Positions 10,801 through 20,459 of a stretch of DNA of 64,000 bases are shown here, piece after piece; position 1 is the stretch's first letter, and each line of letters starts with the position of its first letter. Made by a program: the position numbers and the translations under genes. The notes beneath the pieces were generated by a model. That model was given only the letters and a program-made list of their open reading frames with translations, was not told the DNA's origin and ran no database searches. Source of the DNA: Acidobacteriota bacterium (GTDB lineage Bacteria; Acidobacteriota; UBA4820; DSQY01); NCBI GenBank assembly GCA_049967655.1, contig JBMFSH010000002.1, positions 1-64,000 of the forward strand, read 5' to 3'.

Positions 10801-11072
10801 GCCTGGAGGAGGCGCTCAAGGGCTCCGTCCGCGTCAGGACACGCCCCATCCTCATGACCGCCGTGGGCACCGCCGTGGGCATGCTCCCCATCGCCCTCCA
10901 GTGGGCCATCGGCCTGGAGCGCCTCAGCCCGCTGGCCGTGGTGGCCATCGGCGGCCTCATGGTCTCCACCTTCTTGACGCTGATCTACGTGCCCGTCTTC
11001 TACGATTTGTTCGACACCCTGCGAACCAAGGTGACGGGGAGGTTCGGGAGGGGTGAGGAAGTTAGGAAGTGA
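7869..11072 (+). CDS. RND efflux permease (AcrB/AcrD/AcrF family)
   Basis: 1067 aa; TM4 GMLLDDAIVVLENI, GIVVKNSILLIDF and RTRPILMT motifs. Confidence 0.95.
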   Translation: MNFVGAYVKKPHLLLSIVLLLAVVGVVGFFEMPVNLFPDSERPQIAVVTVWPGASAGDVASDVSRVIEKELKTIELVRRVTSTSNDEVSVVSAEFQYKKGLDSAATDVSNSLNKIRPLLPPDIKPFQVYKVSSATPAVLTLSVTPKKGSQMDLAQVRRLVENPIKEALLRLPDVENVEIFGGYQSLVQVDLDPNRLQAYHLSPGQVVEALNAWNRNTPLGLVLSKGSQILLKSQGEFERPEEVGSVVVSAAPGPPVYLRDVADVHVGIQERLSAFHGNGQPAIGINIQRALSGYALPTIQSVMEYLPTLERQYPGLSFQVADTQGQLIQTSVSNMVDALRDAIIMTIIVIFFFLADVRGMLLAGISIPFTYLITFAFMWLFGFEFDLVTLTGVILGVGMLLDDAIVVLENIERHYLKLGQKLEDAVIGGTQEVMLAILSGTYATVVVLIPIIWIGGFVQTVLRPLSLTLSIALIASYLVSVTILPILAPFILRLGGKLERSRWELGLDHFVQGKILHPIQEFFVKAVDVALRHKVMFIIPALALLMFTGRALMPLIGRDLMPPMDTGIFRVTFESYPNTSMSDTEALLDRVEKVVYQQPGVTMVSSTLGSEPGVLSFGSGRNPQQAFITVHLVDRFHRKQTMWAIEGHILKQLQTIPGLRFPAVFDYGATPLSTIRSTVDLMISGPDPAVLDRIRQAVQARLMTVGGLTSVVPTWTLDRVEYRFLPNRNLLSLYGVNAGAVAAQVNAQVRGFPATLFRVPNQDSFAVWVQDVAHRRDAQNRLETLPILTPRGPVPLSSLGTIEKSVVPTLYTHQDLLPTVDLLGYRNVHAVTHIEDNVNAALKGLQLPPGNTIQKDAGWWMKTMVPLINQLPPGYSIREEGELKTMDEAFSALMTALLLGLVLLYFSLVPAFKSFIHPFTIMVAIPLGIIGAAWAMLLTGKHSCMPSFMGMILLAGIVVKNSILLIDFIEEARAKGESLEEALKGSVRVRTRPILMTAVGTAVGMLPIALQWAIGLERLSPLAVVAIGGLMVSTFLTLIYVPVFYDLFDTLRTKVTGRFGRGEEVRK

Positions 11073-11100
11073 GGAAGTGAGGAAGTGAGGAAGTGAGGAA
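11053..11100 (+). repeat. Tandem 8-mer (GTGAGGAA)x6 across the RND stop codon
   Basis: Six consecutive units, one variant GTTAGGAA. Confidence 0.9.
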
Positions 11101-11181
11101 GAGGAGCGCGAAGAGCTCTGGATCGGGTCCGCCGACCGGGCTCCGCTCCGTGATGCGGTACAACCGAAAGGGAGAACGACG

Positions 11182-11556
11182 ATGGAGATGAAAACGCCGC
11201 CGACCGCCGACCAGGTTCTCGGCATGATGAAAGGGAAGATGGGTGCCACCGCCCCGGCGTGGGGGGAGCTCCTGCACCGGCTCGCGCCCGACCTGCTCGT
11301 GGCGACGGGTATGAATTCGGCCCAGAGCGTGAACCGCGAGGCCAGCACCATTGAGCCCAAGTACCGCCACCTCATCGCCGTGGCGGCGGCTCTCGGCCGC
11401 GGAGACGCGCTCTGCGCGCGCTCCCAGGCCCACATCGCGCGGGAGGCGGGGGCCACGCAGGAGGAGGTCCTCGACGCCGTGCGCATCACCCGGCACTTGA
11501 TGGCCTCGGCGACCTTCGGCTTCGCCGAGGAGCTGCTCAAGGATTTGGCGGGCTGA
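11182..11556 (+). CDS. Carboxymuconolactone decarboxylase/AhpD-like protein
   Basis: IEPKYRHLIAVAAA...C...H.AREAGATQEEV pattern. Only one Cys. Confidence 0.85.
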   Translation: MEMKTPPTADQVLGMMKGKMGATAPAWGELLHRLAPDLLVATGMNSAQSVNREASTIEPKYRHLIAVAAALGRGDALCARSQAHIAREAGATQEEVLDAVRITRHLMASATFGFAEELLKDLAG

Positions 11557-11627
11557 CCCGGGGGGAAGGCCCCTCGCGGCGAGGGGCCGTCGGGCCGTCC
11601 CGAGTTTTAGAAAAGGAGAACCACGCC

Positions 11628-12239
11628 ATGACTCACACCGACCACCGCTTCGTACCGCCCGACTGGGCCTTTCAGTTCCACGGCCACAAGTGCCCCTTCA
11701 TGCCGCTCGGCTACCGCATGGGCCGGCTCGCCCTTGAAAAGTTGGGCACCGAGCGCGAGCTCGATCACGCCCTCCACGTGTTCTGCGAGCTGGGGGAAGG
11801 CCACCCGCAGACCTGCTTGATGGACGGCATCCAGATCGCCACCGGCGCCACCTTCGGCAAAACCCTCATCGAGAAGACCTACTGGGGCAAGCTGGCCGCC
11901 ACCTTCTGGTATCCCGGCAAGACCCCCGTCCGCTACAACCTCAAGCCCGAGTTCCTCAAGGAGATGGGGCAGTTCGAGTTCTTCACCTACCGGAAGAAGG
12001 GGATCGAACCCTCGGGAATTCCGGAGGCCGTCACCCAGCAAGTCATCGACTGGGAGCTGGGCCTGCCCGACGAGACGATTTACACCGTGGCTGAGCGCCC
12101 CGACTTCCACTACCAGCCGCCCAAGGGCTCCTTTGCCAGCGCCATCTGCACGGGCTGCGGCGAGCTCGTCTTCGAACGCTACGTGCGCATGAAGGACGGC
12201 AAGCCGTACTGCATCCCGTGCTCGGGGTACAAGGGGTAG
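11628..12239 (+). CDS. FmdE family protein with C-terminal Zn ribbon
   Basis: FHGHKCP motif, CLMDGIQIATGATFGK, C-terminal CTGC...CIPC. Confidence 0.9.
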   Translation: MTHTDHRFVPPDWAFQFHGHKCPFMPLGYRMGRLALEKLGTERELDHALHVFCELGEGHPQTCLMDGIQIATGATFGKTLIEKTYWGKLAATFWYPGKTPVRYNLKPEFLKEMGQFEFFTYRKKGIEPSGIPEAVTQQVIDWELGLPDETIYTVAERPDFHYQPPKGSFASAICTGCGELVFERYVRMKDGKPYCIPCSGYKG

Positions 12240-12415
12240 AGGAAAAGGCGGGAGGATCGGCTCGCGGCGGAGGCGCGCGGGGCCGGAGGAAACGGAGGCG
12301 AGAAGAGAGCTTCGCCGGCCGACCGTCCGCGGTCTGCCGCCGGCGGCCGGCGAAGTTCCGCCTCGGCCTTTCACCGTCCTTCGCGTCTTCGCCTCGTGAG
12401 CCGGGGAGGTTAGCC

Positions 12416-13183
12416 ATGAGCACCCCGTTTCTGATCATCGCCTTCGTCACCATTCTGGTGATCTCGGGCGTCTTCTCCATGTTCGGCAAGGGCGGCGGGT
12501 CGCTCTACACGCCGGTGCTGGTCATGCTCGGCATGGCTATACAGCCGGCCATTTCGACGGCCCTCTTCCTGAACCTCGTGACCGCGCTCACGGCCACCAT
12601 CGTCTTCCAGCGGAACAAGCTGGTGGACTACCGCTTCTGCCTCGTCTTTTTGCCGGGGACCATCGCCGGCTCGTTCCTGGGGGCGGTGCTATCGAGCATG
12701 GCCCCGAAAGATATCCTGCTGGGGATCTTCTCCGCGTTCCTCTACGCCGTGGGGCTGATCATGGTCTTCTCGGCCAAGGAGAAGCCCGGCCAGCAGGTGA
12801 AGAGGCTCAGCGCCTCGATGATCGTGTTGATCACCGTCTTCTCCTTCGGCGTGGGCGTGCTCTCCAGCCTCATCGGCGTGGGAGGGGGCTTGATCATCTT
12901 CCCCTTCCTCGTCCTGTACATGAAGTACGGGGCGCAGATGGCGGCGGGGGCCAATTCGCTCATCGTGACGGTCAGCTCTCTCGTGGGAACCGTGGGCCAC
13001 TTCGCCCTGGGCCACGTGGACTACCGCTTCCTCGCGGCCGTGACCGTGGCCTGCATCCTCGGCTCGGCGGTCGGCTCGCACGTCACGGTGAAGGCCAGCC
13101 CCGGTTTCGTGAAGATCGCCTTCGCCTGCATCATGTGGTTCTTCGCGACCCAAATCGCCCTCAAGCTCATGGGCATTCTCTAG
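12416..13183 (+). CDS. Sulfite exporter TauE/SafE (TSUP) family protein
   Basis: ATG 12416 after GGAGG. Duplicated GxGGG motifs (FGKGGGSLYTP, IGVGGGLIIFP) and about 8 TM helices. Confidence 0.9.
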   Translation: MSTPFLIIAFVTILVISGVFSMFGKGGGSLYTPVLVMLGMAIQPAISTALFLNLVTALTATIVFQRNKLVDYRFCLVFLPGTIAGSFLGAVLSSMAPKDILLGIFSAFLYAVGLIMVFSAKEKPGQQVKRLSASMIVLITVFSFGVGVLSSLIGVGGGLIIFPFLVLYMKYGAQMAAGANSLIVTVSSLVGTVGHFALGHVDYRFLAAVTVACILGSAVGSHVTVKASPGFVKIAFACIMWFFATQIALKLMGIL

Positions 13184-13195
13184 GAGTGTACGGTC

Positions 13196-14119
13196 ATGGG
13201 CCATAGCCACGACCACGAGATCCCCGAGAACGGCGCCATGGACCTGAGGCTCTGGGCGAGCGCGGCCCTCAATGGGGCCATCACGCTGGCGGAATTTTTC
13301 GGCGGCCTCCTTTCGGGCAGCCTGGCGCTGCTCTCGGACGCGGCCCACAACCTGAGCGACGTGGCGGCGGTGGTGCTGGCCCTCTGGGCGCGGCACTTCG
13401 GCCGGCGCCCTCCCACGGCGCGCCACACCTACGGCTTCAAGCGGGTGGAGGTGCTCGCGGCCCTGGCGAACGCCGTGGTCCTCATCGCCATCACCGTCCT
13501 CATCGCCCGCGAGGCCCTCGTCCGCCTCGCGCACCCCGAGCCCGTCCAGCAGGGACTCATGCTCGCGGTGGCGCTCGTGGCGCTCTTTGCCAACGTGGGG
13601 TCGGTCTTCCTGCTGAAGCACCACGAGAAGGACGACGTCAACGTACGCAGCGCCTTTCTCCACATGGCCCAGGACGCGCTGGCCTCCCTCGCCGTGGTGA
13701 TCGCCGCGCTCCTGGCCCACACGCGCGCCGGCCCCTACGTGGACCCGGCGGCGGCGCTCCTGGTGGGCCTCGTCGTCCTGCGCAGCGCGCTCCTCCTCGT
13801 GTGGGAGACGGTCTCCACGCTCATGGAGGGGGCTCCCTCCGGCGCCGACCCCGAGGCCATCGCTCAGGACGTGGGCCGGGCCTTCCCCTCGGTTCGGCTC
13901 CACCACCTCCACGTCTGGCAGAACGGCCCGGGCCAGCGGCTGCTCACGGCCCACGTGGCCTTGGAGCGGGACATGGCGGCCAGCGCCGCTGAGAAGCTCT
14001 TCGACGAGATCCGGGCGCACCTGCACGAGGAGTGGGCCATCACCCACGCCACCCTGGAACCCGAAGTGGAGGGCTGCGGGGAGACGGAGCTACTGGGTCG
14101 CTGGGAGGATCACCTATGA
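13196..14119 (+). CDS. Cation diffusion facilitator (CzcD/ZitB-like)
   Basis: SLALLSDAAHNLSD, TYGFKRVEVLAAL, NVRSAFLHMAQD, HHLHVW, HATLEPE. Confidence 0.93.
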   Translation: MGHSHDHEIPENGAMDLRLWASAALNGAITLAEFFGGLLSGSLALLSDAAHNLSDVAAVVLALWARHFGRRPPTARHTYGFKRVEVLAALANAVVLIAITVLIAREALVRLAHPEPVQQGLMLAVALVALFANVGSVFLLKHHEKDDVNVRSAFLHMAQDALASLAVVIAALLAHTRAGPYVDPAAALLVGLVVLRSALLLVWETVSTLMEGAPSGADPEAIAQDVGRAFPSVRLHHLHVWQNGPGQRLLTAHVALERDMAASAAEKLFDEIRAHLHEEWAITHATLEPEVEGCGETELLGRWEDHL

Positions 14120-15210
14120 GATCGAGCATCGGCTTCGTGTTCTGTTTCCTGGCCATGGTCACCGGCACGGCGGCGTTCGCCGACGGCCCGGCGGCCTCCT
14201 CGCCCTACCTGCCCGTGCTCAGCTCCTACATCCAACTCCGCTACACGGACCCGAGCAAGGGCGAGGACGAGTGGGCCATCCGGCGCTTCAAGGCCATGTT
14301 CGACGGCGGCCCGCAGGAGGGCCTCCACTACCACGTCCAGTTCGTCTACAAGACCAACCTCCAGAGCTCCACCGACGACCAGGTCTACCTCCAGGACGCC
14401 TACGTCGTGGCGCCCGCGGCCCGAGGCCTCGCCTTCAAGGTGGGCCAGTTCGTGCCGCCCTTCGGCCTCGAACGCTTCGAGCCCGATTCGGCCCTCGACC
14501 TCATCGACCGGACCGACCTGACCAACCGCATGGTGGTGAACGGCAACCTGGGCAAGAGCTTCGCCCGGGACCGGGGCGTGGAGGGCGACTTCGACCGCGG
14601 CGGGTGGGCCTTCTCCGCCGGCCTCTTCCAGGGCGAGGGAGCCAACATGAACGGCAAAGGCAACGGGCCCCTCGGCGTGGCGCGCCTGAGCTACGGCCGG
14701 AAGGCCTCGTCCGGAGGCACCCCGTGGTTCTGGCGGACGGGGCTGGCGGCTTCGGACCGGCACGACGCGGAGGTGAACCTCTCCTCCGAGCTCACCGGCC
14801 TCAGCAAAAAGCTCACGAGCCGTTTCGCCGGCCGCGACAGCCGCCTCAACGCCTTCGCGGAGGCGGGCTGGGGCAAGGTGCGCGGCCAGGCCGAGTACTT
14901 CCGGGCGTGGCTCTCGCCGGACAAGGGAGGCGAAATCGCCGCCCACGGCGCCTACGGCCAGGTGGCCTACCTGCCGGTGAGCCAGCTCATCCTCGCCCTG
15001 CGCTACGAGTGGTTCACGCCCGACCTCCACGAGGAGAAGGCCCCCTCGCTGAGGCAGTGGGACTCCTCCATCACCTACGATTTTCGCCGCGTGCCGCTAC
15101 GCCTGGTGGCCGATTACCTCTCACCGCGAGGCGGCAGCGAGGCCTACACCCACACGTGGCGCTTCCAGATCCAGTACGTACTGCTCAAGGGCCTGCGCCT
15201 CGGGCGCTGA
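14116..15210 (+). CDS. Outer-membrane porin (OprO/OprP-like)
   Basis: Signal peptide, LQDAYV, KVGQFVPPFGLE, RDRGV motifs, aromatic C-terminal strand. Confidence 0.75.
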   Translation: MRSSIGFVFCFLAMVTGTAAFADGPAASSPYLPVLSSYIQLRYTDPSKGEDEWAIRRFKAMFDGGPQEGLHYHVQFVYKTNLQSSTDDQVYLQDAYVVAPAARGLAFKVGQFVPPFGLERFEPDSALDLIDRTDLTNRMVVNGNLGKSFARDRGVEGDFDRGGWAFSAGLFQGEGANMNGKGNGPLGVARLSYGRKASSGGTPWFWRTGLAASDRHDAEVNLSSELTGLSKKLTSRFAGRDSRLNAFAEAGWGKVRGQAEYFRAWLSPDKGGEIAAHGAYGQVAYLPVSQLILALRYEWFTPDLHEEKAPSLRQWDSSITYDFRRVPLRLVADYLSPRGGSEAYTHTWRFQIQYVLLKGLRLGR

Positions 15211-15230
15211 GCCCCGATGGGGGGGATGGC

Positions 15231-15980
15231 ATGCTGCTGCTCTGGGTTCCGCTGCTCTTTTTAGGGATCTCATTCGTTTTCTCCATGCTGGGCATGGGGG
15301 GCGGCGTGCTCTACATCCCGATCCTCTTCTGGGTGGGCCTCCGGTTCAAGACGGAGGCCATCCCGCTGGGGGTGCTGCTAAACGTCCTGACGACGGCCTC
15401 GGCCTCGGTCACCTACATCCGCGACAAGCTGGTGGATTGGAAGCTGGCCCTGCCCTTCGGTCTGGGCATGCTCGTCATGCCACCCCTGGGCGCCTGGGCC
15501 GACCTCACGGTCCCCTCCAAGCCGGTGATCCTCCTCTTCGCGCTTTTCACCGCCGCGGCCGGCGTGCTGAGCCTTTCGGGTTGGAAGCCGAAGGGCGCGG
15601 GCATGGGGCCGCGCCAGAAGCTGGCCCTTGGCCTTCTGGCCGGTGCCATCCTCGGCTTCTTCACCGGGCTCCTCGGCCGGGGCGGAGGGGCCTTCGTGGT
15701 GCCGCTCCTGCTCATGGCCGGACTGCCCGGCAAGATGGCCGCGGCCACCTCTTCGGTGGTCGTCACGGCGGCGGCCCTCTCCACCTTCTTCGCCCATCTG
15801 CTGACGGCGCGGAGTCCGCGCTGGGGCCTCTGGCTTCTCTGCTGCGCTGCCGTCCTCGTGGGCAGTCAGGCGGGTTCGCGCTACATGGCGACCCAGATGA
15901 AAACGAAGATGGTGCACACGCTCTTCGGTATGCTCCTCTTAGCCGTGGCGGCGCTGCTCATTATCATGGACGTGCTGTGA
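15231..15980 (+). CDS. Sulfite exporter TauE/SafE (TSUP) family protein
   Basis: FSMLGMGGGVLYIP and GLLGRGGGAFVVP motifs; polytopic membrane protein. Confidence 0.88.
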   Translation: MLLLWVPLLFLGISFVFSMLGMGGGVLYIPILFWVGLRFKTEAIPLGVLLNVLTTASASVTYIRDKLVDWKLALPFGLGMLVMPPLGAWADLTVPSKPVILLFALFTAAAGVLSLSGWKPKGAGMGPRQKLALGLLAGAILGFFTGLLGRGGGAFVVPLLLMAGLPGKMAAATSSVVVTAAALSTFFAHLLTARSPRWGLWLLCCAAVLVGSQAGSRYMATQMKTKMVHTLFGMLLLAVAALLIIMDVL

Positions 15981-16041
15981 GGGGCGCGGCCGCAGCCGGA
16001 AAGGCTGGCGGTCCGCTCCCGTTTGGAAAGGATGGAACGCC

Positions 16042-19000
16042 ATGTGGATCGTAAGGCTCGCCCTTCGCAGACCCTACACCTTCGTGGTGATGGCGCTCGT
16101 CGTCCTCCTCCTCTCGCCCTTCGTCATCTGGAGGACGCCCAAGGACATCTTCCCCTCCATCGACATCCCCGTGGTCAGCGCCGTCTGGATCTACAACGGC
16201 ATGAGCGCCCAGGAGATCGAGCAGCGCATCCTCTACAACCACGAGCGGATGATCAGCGCCATCGTGGACAACATCGAGCACATCGAATCCACGGCCTACA
16301 CGGGGGCGGGGGTCATCAAGGTCTTCCTGAGGCCCGGAGCCTCGGTGGACACGGGCGTGGCCCAGCTCACCGCCACTGGCCAGGCCATCCTCCGCCAACT
16401 GCCGCCCGGCATCACGCCGCCCATCATCATCCGCTACAACGCCTCCTCCGTGCCCATCCTCCAGTACAGCTTCGCCAGCCGCAAATTCTCCGAGCAGGAG
16501 CTGCAGGACATGGTCTTCAACCAGGTCCGCGTGGGCCTCATGAACGTGCCCGGCGCCTCCATGCCCTACCCATACGGCGGCAAGCCGCGCGTCGTCGCCG
16601 TGGACCTGAGCCTCTCCGCCCTCAAGGCCCACGGCCTCGCACCGGCGGACGTGGTGAACGCCCTGAACGCGCAGAACCTCATCCTGCCCAGCGGTACGGT
16701 GAAGATCGGCCCCACCGAGTACGACGTGGGGATGAACGCCAGCCCGCCCGTTCTCTCGGAGCTCAACGACCTGCCCGTGAAGGTGGTGAACGGCGCTTTG
16801 ATCCGCGTGAGAGACGTGGCCTTCGTCCACGACGGCTACCTGCCCCAGCAGAACATCGTCCGCCTCAACGGCGTGCGCGGGGTTTTGCTGACCGTGCTCA
16901 AGAGCGGCCGGGCCTCCACCCTCGACGTGGTGAGGGCCATCAAGGCCGCCATGCCCAAGGTCCTCAGCACCCTGCCCAAGGAGCTCCAGGTCAAGGAGTT
17001 CGCCGACCAGTCGCTCTTCGTGCGCGCCGCCATCAGCGGCGTGGTGCGCGAGGGGGTCGTGGCCGCCCTGCTCACGGCGCTCATGGTCCTGCTCTTCCTG
17101 GGGGCCTGGCGCGGGACGCTCATCATCGCCCTCTCGATCCCGCTCTCGGTGCTCGTCTCCATCCTCGCCTTCAGCGCCCTGGGCGAGACGATCAACCTCA
17201 TGACGCTGGGCGGACTGGCCCTGGCCGTGGGCATCCTGGTGGACGACGCCACGGTGGAGATCGAGAACGTCCACCGGCAGATGGCCCTCGGCAAGCCGAC
17301 CGTCCAGGCCATCCTGGACGGCGCGCAGGAGATCGCCCTGCCGGCCTTCGTGGGCACCCTCTGCATCTGCATCGTCTTCGTCCCCATGTTCTTCCTGAGC
17401 GGCACGGCGCGCTACCTCTTCGTGCCGCTGGCCGAGGCGGTGGTCTTCGCCATGCTGGCGAGCTACCTGCTGTCGCGGACGCTCGTCCCCACCCTGGTCA
17501 TGTGGTTCTACCGCCGCCACGCCTACCACGGACACCTCGCGGAGGAAGACTCGGCGGCGCCGTGGATGCGGCCCTTCATCGCCCTTCAGCGGCGGTTTGA
17601 AGAGGGCTTCGCGCGCTTCCGAGAGGGCTACCGGCGCCTCCTCGGCGCTGCGCTGCGCCACCGCCGCGCCTTCCTGCTGGGCTTCGCCGCCTTCTGCGCG
17701 CTCACGGCTCTGCTCGTCCCCTTCCTCGGCGAGGACTTCTTCCCCTCCGTGGACGCGGGCCAGTTCCGCCTGCACGTGCGGGCCCGCAGCGGCACGCGCA
17801 TCGAGGAGACGGCCAAGCTCGCCGACGAGGTGGAGGCCGCCATCCGCCGCCAGATCCCGCCGCGGGAGCTGGGCGGGATCCTCGACAACATCGGCATCCC
17901 CTTCGGCGGCATCCCGCTCACCTACATCGACAACGGACTGGTGGGAGTGGGGGACGCCGATATCCTCGTGGCCCTCAAGCCGGGCCACCACCCCACGAGC
18001 GGTTACGTGGAGAGCCTGCGACTGAAGCTCAACCGGGAATTCCCGGGGGTGACCTTCTACTTCCTGCCCGCCGACATCGTGAGCCAGACGCTCAACTTCG
18101 GCCTTCCGGCCCCCTTCGACATCCAGATCTCCGGGCGTGACCAGCGCAGCAACCGGTCCATCGCCTACGGCATCGCCAACCGGTTGAGGCACGTTCCTGG
18201 CATCGTGGACGTCCGCGTGGGCCAGCCCGACGACCTGCCCAAGTTCCAGGTGGCCGTGGACCGCGCCAAGGCCATGGAGTTCGGGCTCACCGAACGGGAC
18301 GTGGCCAACTCCGTCCTCTTGGGCCTCAGCGGGAGCAGCCAGGTCCAGCCCATGTACTGGCTCAACCCCAAGAACGGCGTGCAGTACCTTATGAACGTGC
18401 GGGTGCCCCAGACGGCCATCGAATCCCTCGCCGCCCTCAAGGCCATCTCCTCGGGGAGCGCCGACAGCCCCGGCGGCGTGCAGCTCCTGGCCAACGTGGC
18501 CTCCATCCACCGCACCATGGCGCCCCCCATCGTGAGCCACTACAACGTCATGCCCGTCATCGACGTGCTCGCCGGCGTGAGCGGACGGGACCTGGGCGGG
18601 GCGCTGAGGGCCATCGACCCCATCCTCGCCAAGGCCCGCAAGCAGTTGCCGAGGGGAAGCTTCCTCACCATGCGGGGCCAGGCCGAGACCATGGCATCGA
18701 GCTTTCTGGGCATCGGGATCGGCCTGACGATGGCCGCGGTGCTCATCTACCTCCTGCTCGTGGTGAACTTCCAGAGCTGGACCGACCCCTTCGTCATCAT
18801 CACGGCCCTTCCGGGCGCCCTGGCGGGTGTGGCCTGGGGCCTCTTCCTGACCTTCACCACCCTGAGCGTGCCGGCCCTCATGGGGGCCATCATGAGTTTG
18901 GGCGTGGCGACGGCCAACTCGGTGCTCGTGGTCACCTTCGCCCGAAACCACCTGCGGGAGGGGATGGAGCCCCTTCAGGCCGCGTGGGAGGCCGGCGTAG

Positions 19001-19260
19001 GCCGCCTGCGGCCCGTCCTCATGACGGCCCTCGCCATGATCATCGGCATGGCGCCGCTCGCCCTCGGCCTGGGCGAGGGCGGCGAGCAGAACGCTCCTTT
19101 GGGGCGGGCCGTGATCGGCGGCCTGGCCGTGGCCACCCTCGCCACGCTCTTCGTGGTGCCGGTGGTCTTCTCTCTCCTGCACCACCAGGAGCCCGCGGGC
19201 TCCGGTGGGTCGGAGCCTCTTCCCTCCCCATCCAGCGAAACTCGCGAGGAGAAGCCATGA
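16042..19260 (+). CDS. RND efflux permease
   Basis: 1072 aa; MWIVRLALRRPYTF, GILVDDATVEIEN, RLRPVLMT. Confidence 0.95.
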   Translation: MWIVRLALRRPYTFVVMALVVLLLSPFVIWRTPKDIFPSIDIPVVSAVWIYNGMSAQEIEQRILYNHERMISAIVDNIEHIESTAYTGAGVIKVFLRPGASVDTGVAQLTATGQAILRQLPPGITPPIIIRYNASSVPILQYSFASRKFSEQELQDMVFNQVRVGLMNVPGASMPYPYGGKPRVVAVDLSLSALKAHGLAPADVVNALNAQNLILPSGTVKIGPTEYDVGMNASPPVLSELNDLPVKVVNGALIRVRDVAFVHDGYLPQQNIVRLNGVRGVLLTVLKSGRASTLDVVRAIKAAMPKVLSTLPKELQVKEFADQSLFVRAAISGVVREGVVAALLTALMVLLFLGAWRGTLIIALSIPLSVLVSILAFSALGETINLMTLGGLALAVGILVDDATVEIENVHRQMALGKPTVQAILDGAQEIALPAFVGTLCICIVFVPMFFLSGTARYLFVPLAEAVVFAMLASYLLSRTLVPTLVMWFYRRHAYHGHLAEEDSAAPWMRPFIALQRRFEEGFARFREGYRRLLGAALRHRRAFLLGFAAFCALTALLVPFLGEDFFPSVDAGQFRLHVRARSGTRIEETAKLADEVEAAIRRQIPPRELGGILDNIGIPFGGIPLTYIDNGLVGVGDADILVALKPGHHPTSGYVESLRLKLNREFPGVTFYFLPADIVSQTLNFGLPAPFDIQISGRDQRSNRSIAYGIANRLRHVPGIVDVRVGQPDDLPKFQVAVDRAKAMEFGLTERDVANSVLLGLSGSSQVQPMYWLNPKNGVQYLMNVRVPQTAIESLAALKAISSGSADSPGGVQLLANVASIHRTMAPPIVSHYNVMPVIDVLAGVSGRDLGGALRAIDPILAKARKQLPRGSFLTMRGQAETMASSFLGIGIGLTMAAVLIYLLLVVNFQSWTDPFVIITALPGALAGVAWGLFLTFTTLSVPALMGAIMSLGVATANSVLVVTFARNHLREGMEPLQAAWEAGVGRLRPVLMTALAMIIGMAPLALGLGEGGEQNAPLGRAVIGGLAVATLATLFVVPVVFSLLHHQEPAGSGGSEPLPSPSSETREEKP

Positions 19261-20459
19261 CGAACGATCCAACGACTCAAGCGGTTTCTCCCGCCGGGCC
19301 CGAGGCCGGCGGCCCTCCCCTGCGTCTGAAACGCCTCGGGTTCGCGGCCTTCGTGCTGCTCGCCGTGGCCCTCCTCGTGGGCTTCGTTCCCCGCTGGCTC
19401 CACGCAAAGGCCCTGGCCAAGGAGACGGCGGAGCTGGCCGTACCCACGGTGCAGGTGGTCCACCCCGCGCCGGGCAAGTCGCAACCGGGGGTACCCGTCC
19501 CCGCCGACGTGGAGGCGTGGAGCGAGGCGCCCATCTACGCCCGCGCCACGGGCTACTTGAAGCGGTGGGCCGTGGACATGGGCGCGTCGGTGAAGGCGGG
19601 GCAGGTGCTGGCCGAGATCGAGACCCCCGAGCTCGACCAGGAGCTCGACCAGGCGCGCCACCAGCTCGTGGAGGCCCAGGCGGCCCTCTCGCTGGCCAAG
19701 ATCACGGCTCAGCGCTACGCCGGCCTCGTGAAGAGCGCCAGCGTGAGCGAGCAGGAGAACGCCGAGAAACAGGCCGACCTCGCCCTCAAGGCGGCCCAGG
19801 AAAAGGCGGCCCTCGCCAACGTGCGGCGCCTTCAGCAGCTCAAGGGCTTCGCCCTCGTCACGGCGCCCTTCGCCGGCACGGTCACGCAGCGCAACGTGGA
19901 CGTGGGCGACCTCGTGGCGGCGGGCGGCGGTAAACCGCTCTTCCGCTTGGCCCAGACCGACCGGCTCCGCGTCTACGCCGACGTGCCCCAGAGCATGGCC
20001 GCGGGCATCGCGGCGGGCCAGCGCGCCGAGGTGCTCTTCCCCGAACGGCCCAACGAAGCCTACGAGGCCAGGGTTCTGAGCACCGCGGGAGCCCTCGATC
20101 CCTCCTCCCGGACCCTTCGCGTGGAGCTCGAACTCGACAACCCCGGGGGGCGCCTGCTGGCGGGCAGCTACGCGCAGGTCCGCTTCGCGGGGGCCAAAGC
20201 GCCCCAACCGCCGCTCACCCTGCCCGGAAACACGCTGCTCTTTCGGGCCCAGGGGCCGCAGGTGGCGGTGGTCGGGGCCGACGGGAGGGTGACGCTGCGC
20301 TCCATCAAGCTGGGCCGGGACTTCGGGCAGACCATCGAGGTGCTTTCTGGCGTTGCCGCCTCGGACCGCGTCATCCTGAACCCCGCCGACTCGCTCGTGA
20401 GCGGCGTCACGGTCCGCGTGGCCGCGCCGCCCGGCGCCTCCGGAAAGGATGCACCATGA
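19257..20459 (+). CDS. RND efflux periplasmic adaptor (MFP)
   Basis: IYARATGYL...VDMGASVKAGQVLAEIETPELDQ and APFAGTVTQRNVDVGD. ATGA overlap with the upstream stop. Confidence 0.92.
   Translation: MTNDPTTQAVSPAGPEAGGPPLRLKRLGFAAFVLLAVALLVGFVPRWLHAKALAKETAELAVPTVQVVHPAPGKSQPGVPVPADVEAWSEAPIYARATGYLKRWAVDMGASVKAGQVLAEIETPELDQELDQARHQLVEAQAALSLAKITAQRYAGLVKSASVSEQENAEKQADLALKAAQEKAALANVRRLQQLKGFALVTAPFAGTVTQRNVDVGDLVAAGGGKPLFRLAQTDRLRVYADVPQSMAAGIAAGQRAEVLFPERPNEAYEARVLSTAGALDPSSRTLRVELELDNPGGRLLAGSYAQVRFAGAKAPQPPLTLPGNTLLFRAQGPQVAVVGADGRVTLRSIKLGRDFGQTIEVLSGVAASDRVILNPADSLVSGVTVRVAAPPGASGKDAP

Noticed and set aside
12240..12415. Long GC-rich nested hairpin between FmdE and TSUP genes
   Set aside because: No second copy or known motif recognised. 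It is compatible with an ordinary mRNA-stabilising hairpin.
15964..19407. Very long antisense or alternate-frame ORFs (e.g. 1147, 891, 662, 649, 645 aa)
   Set aside because: These are shadows of real genes caused by high-GC codon bias, and they show no recognisable motifs.
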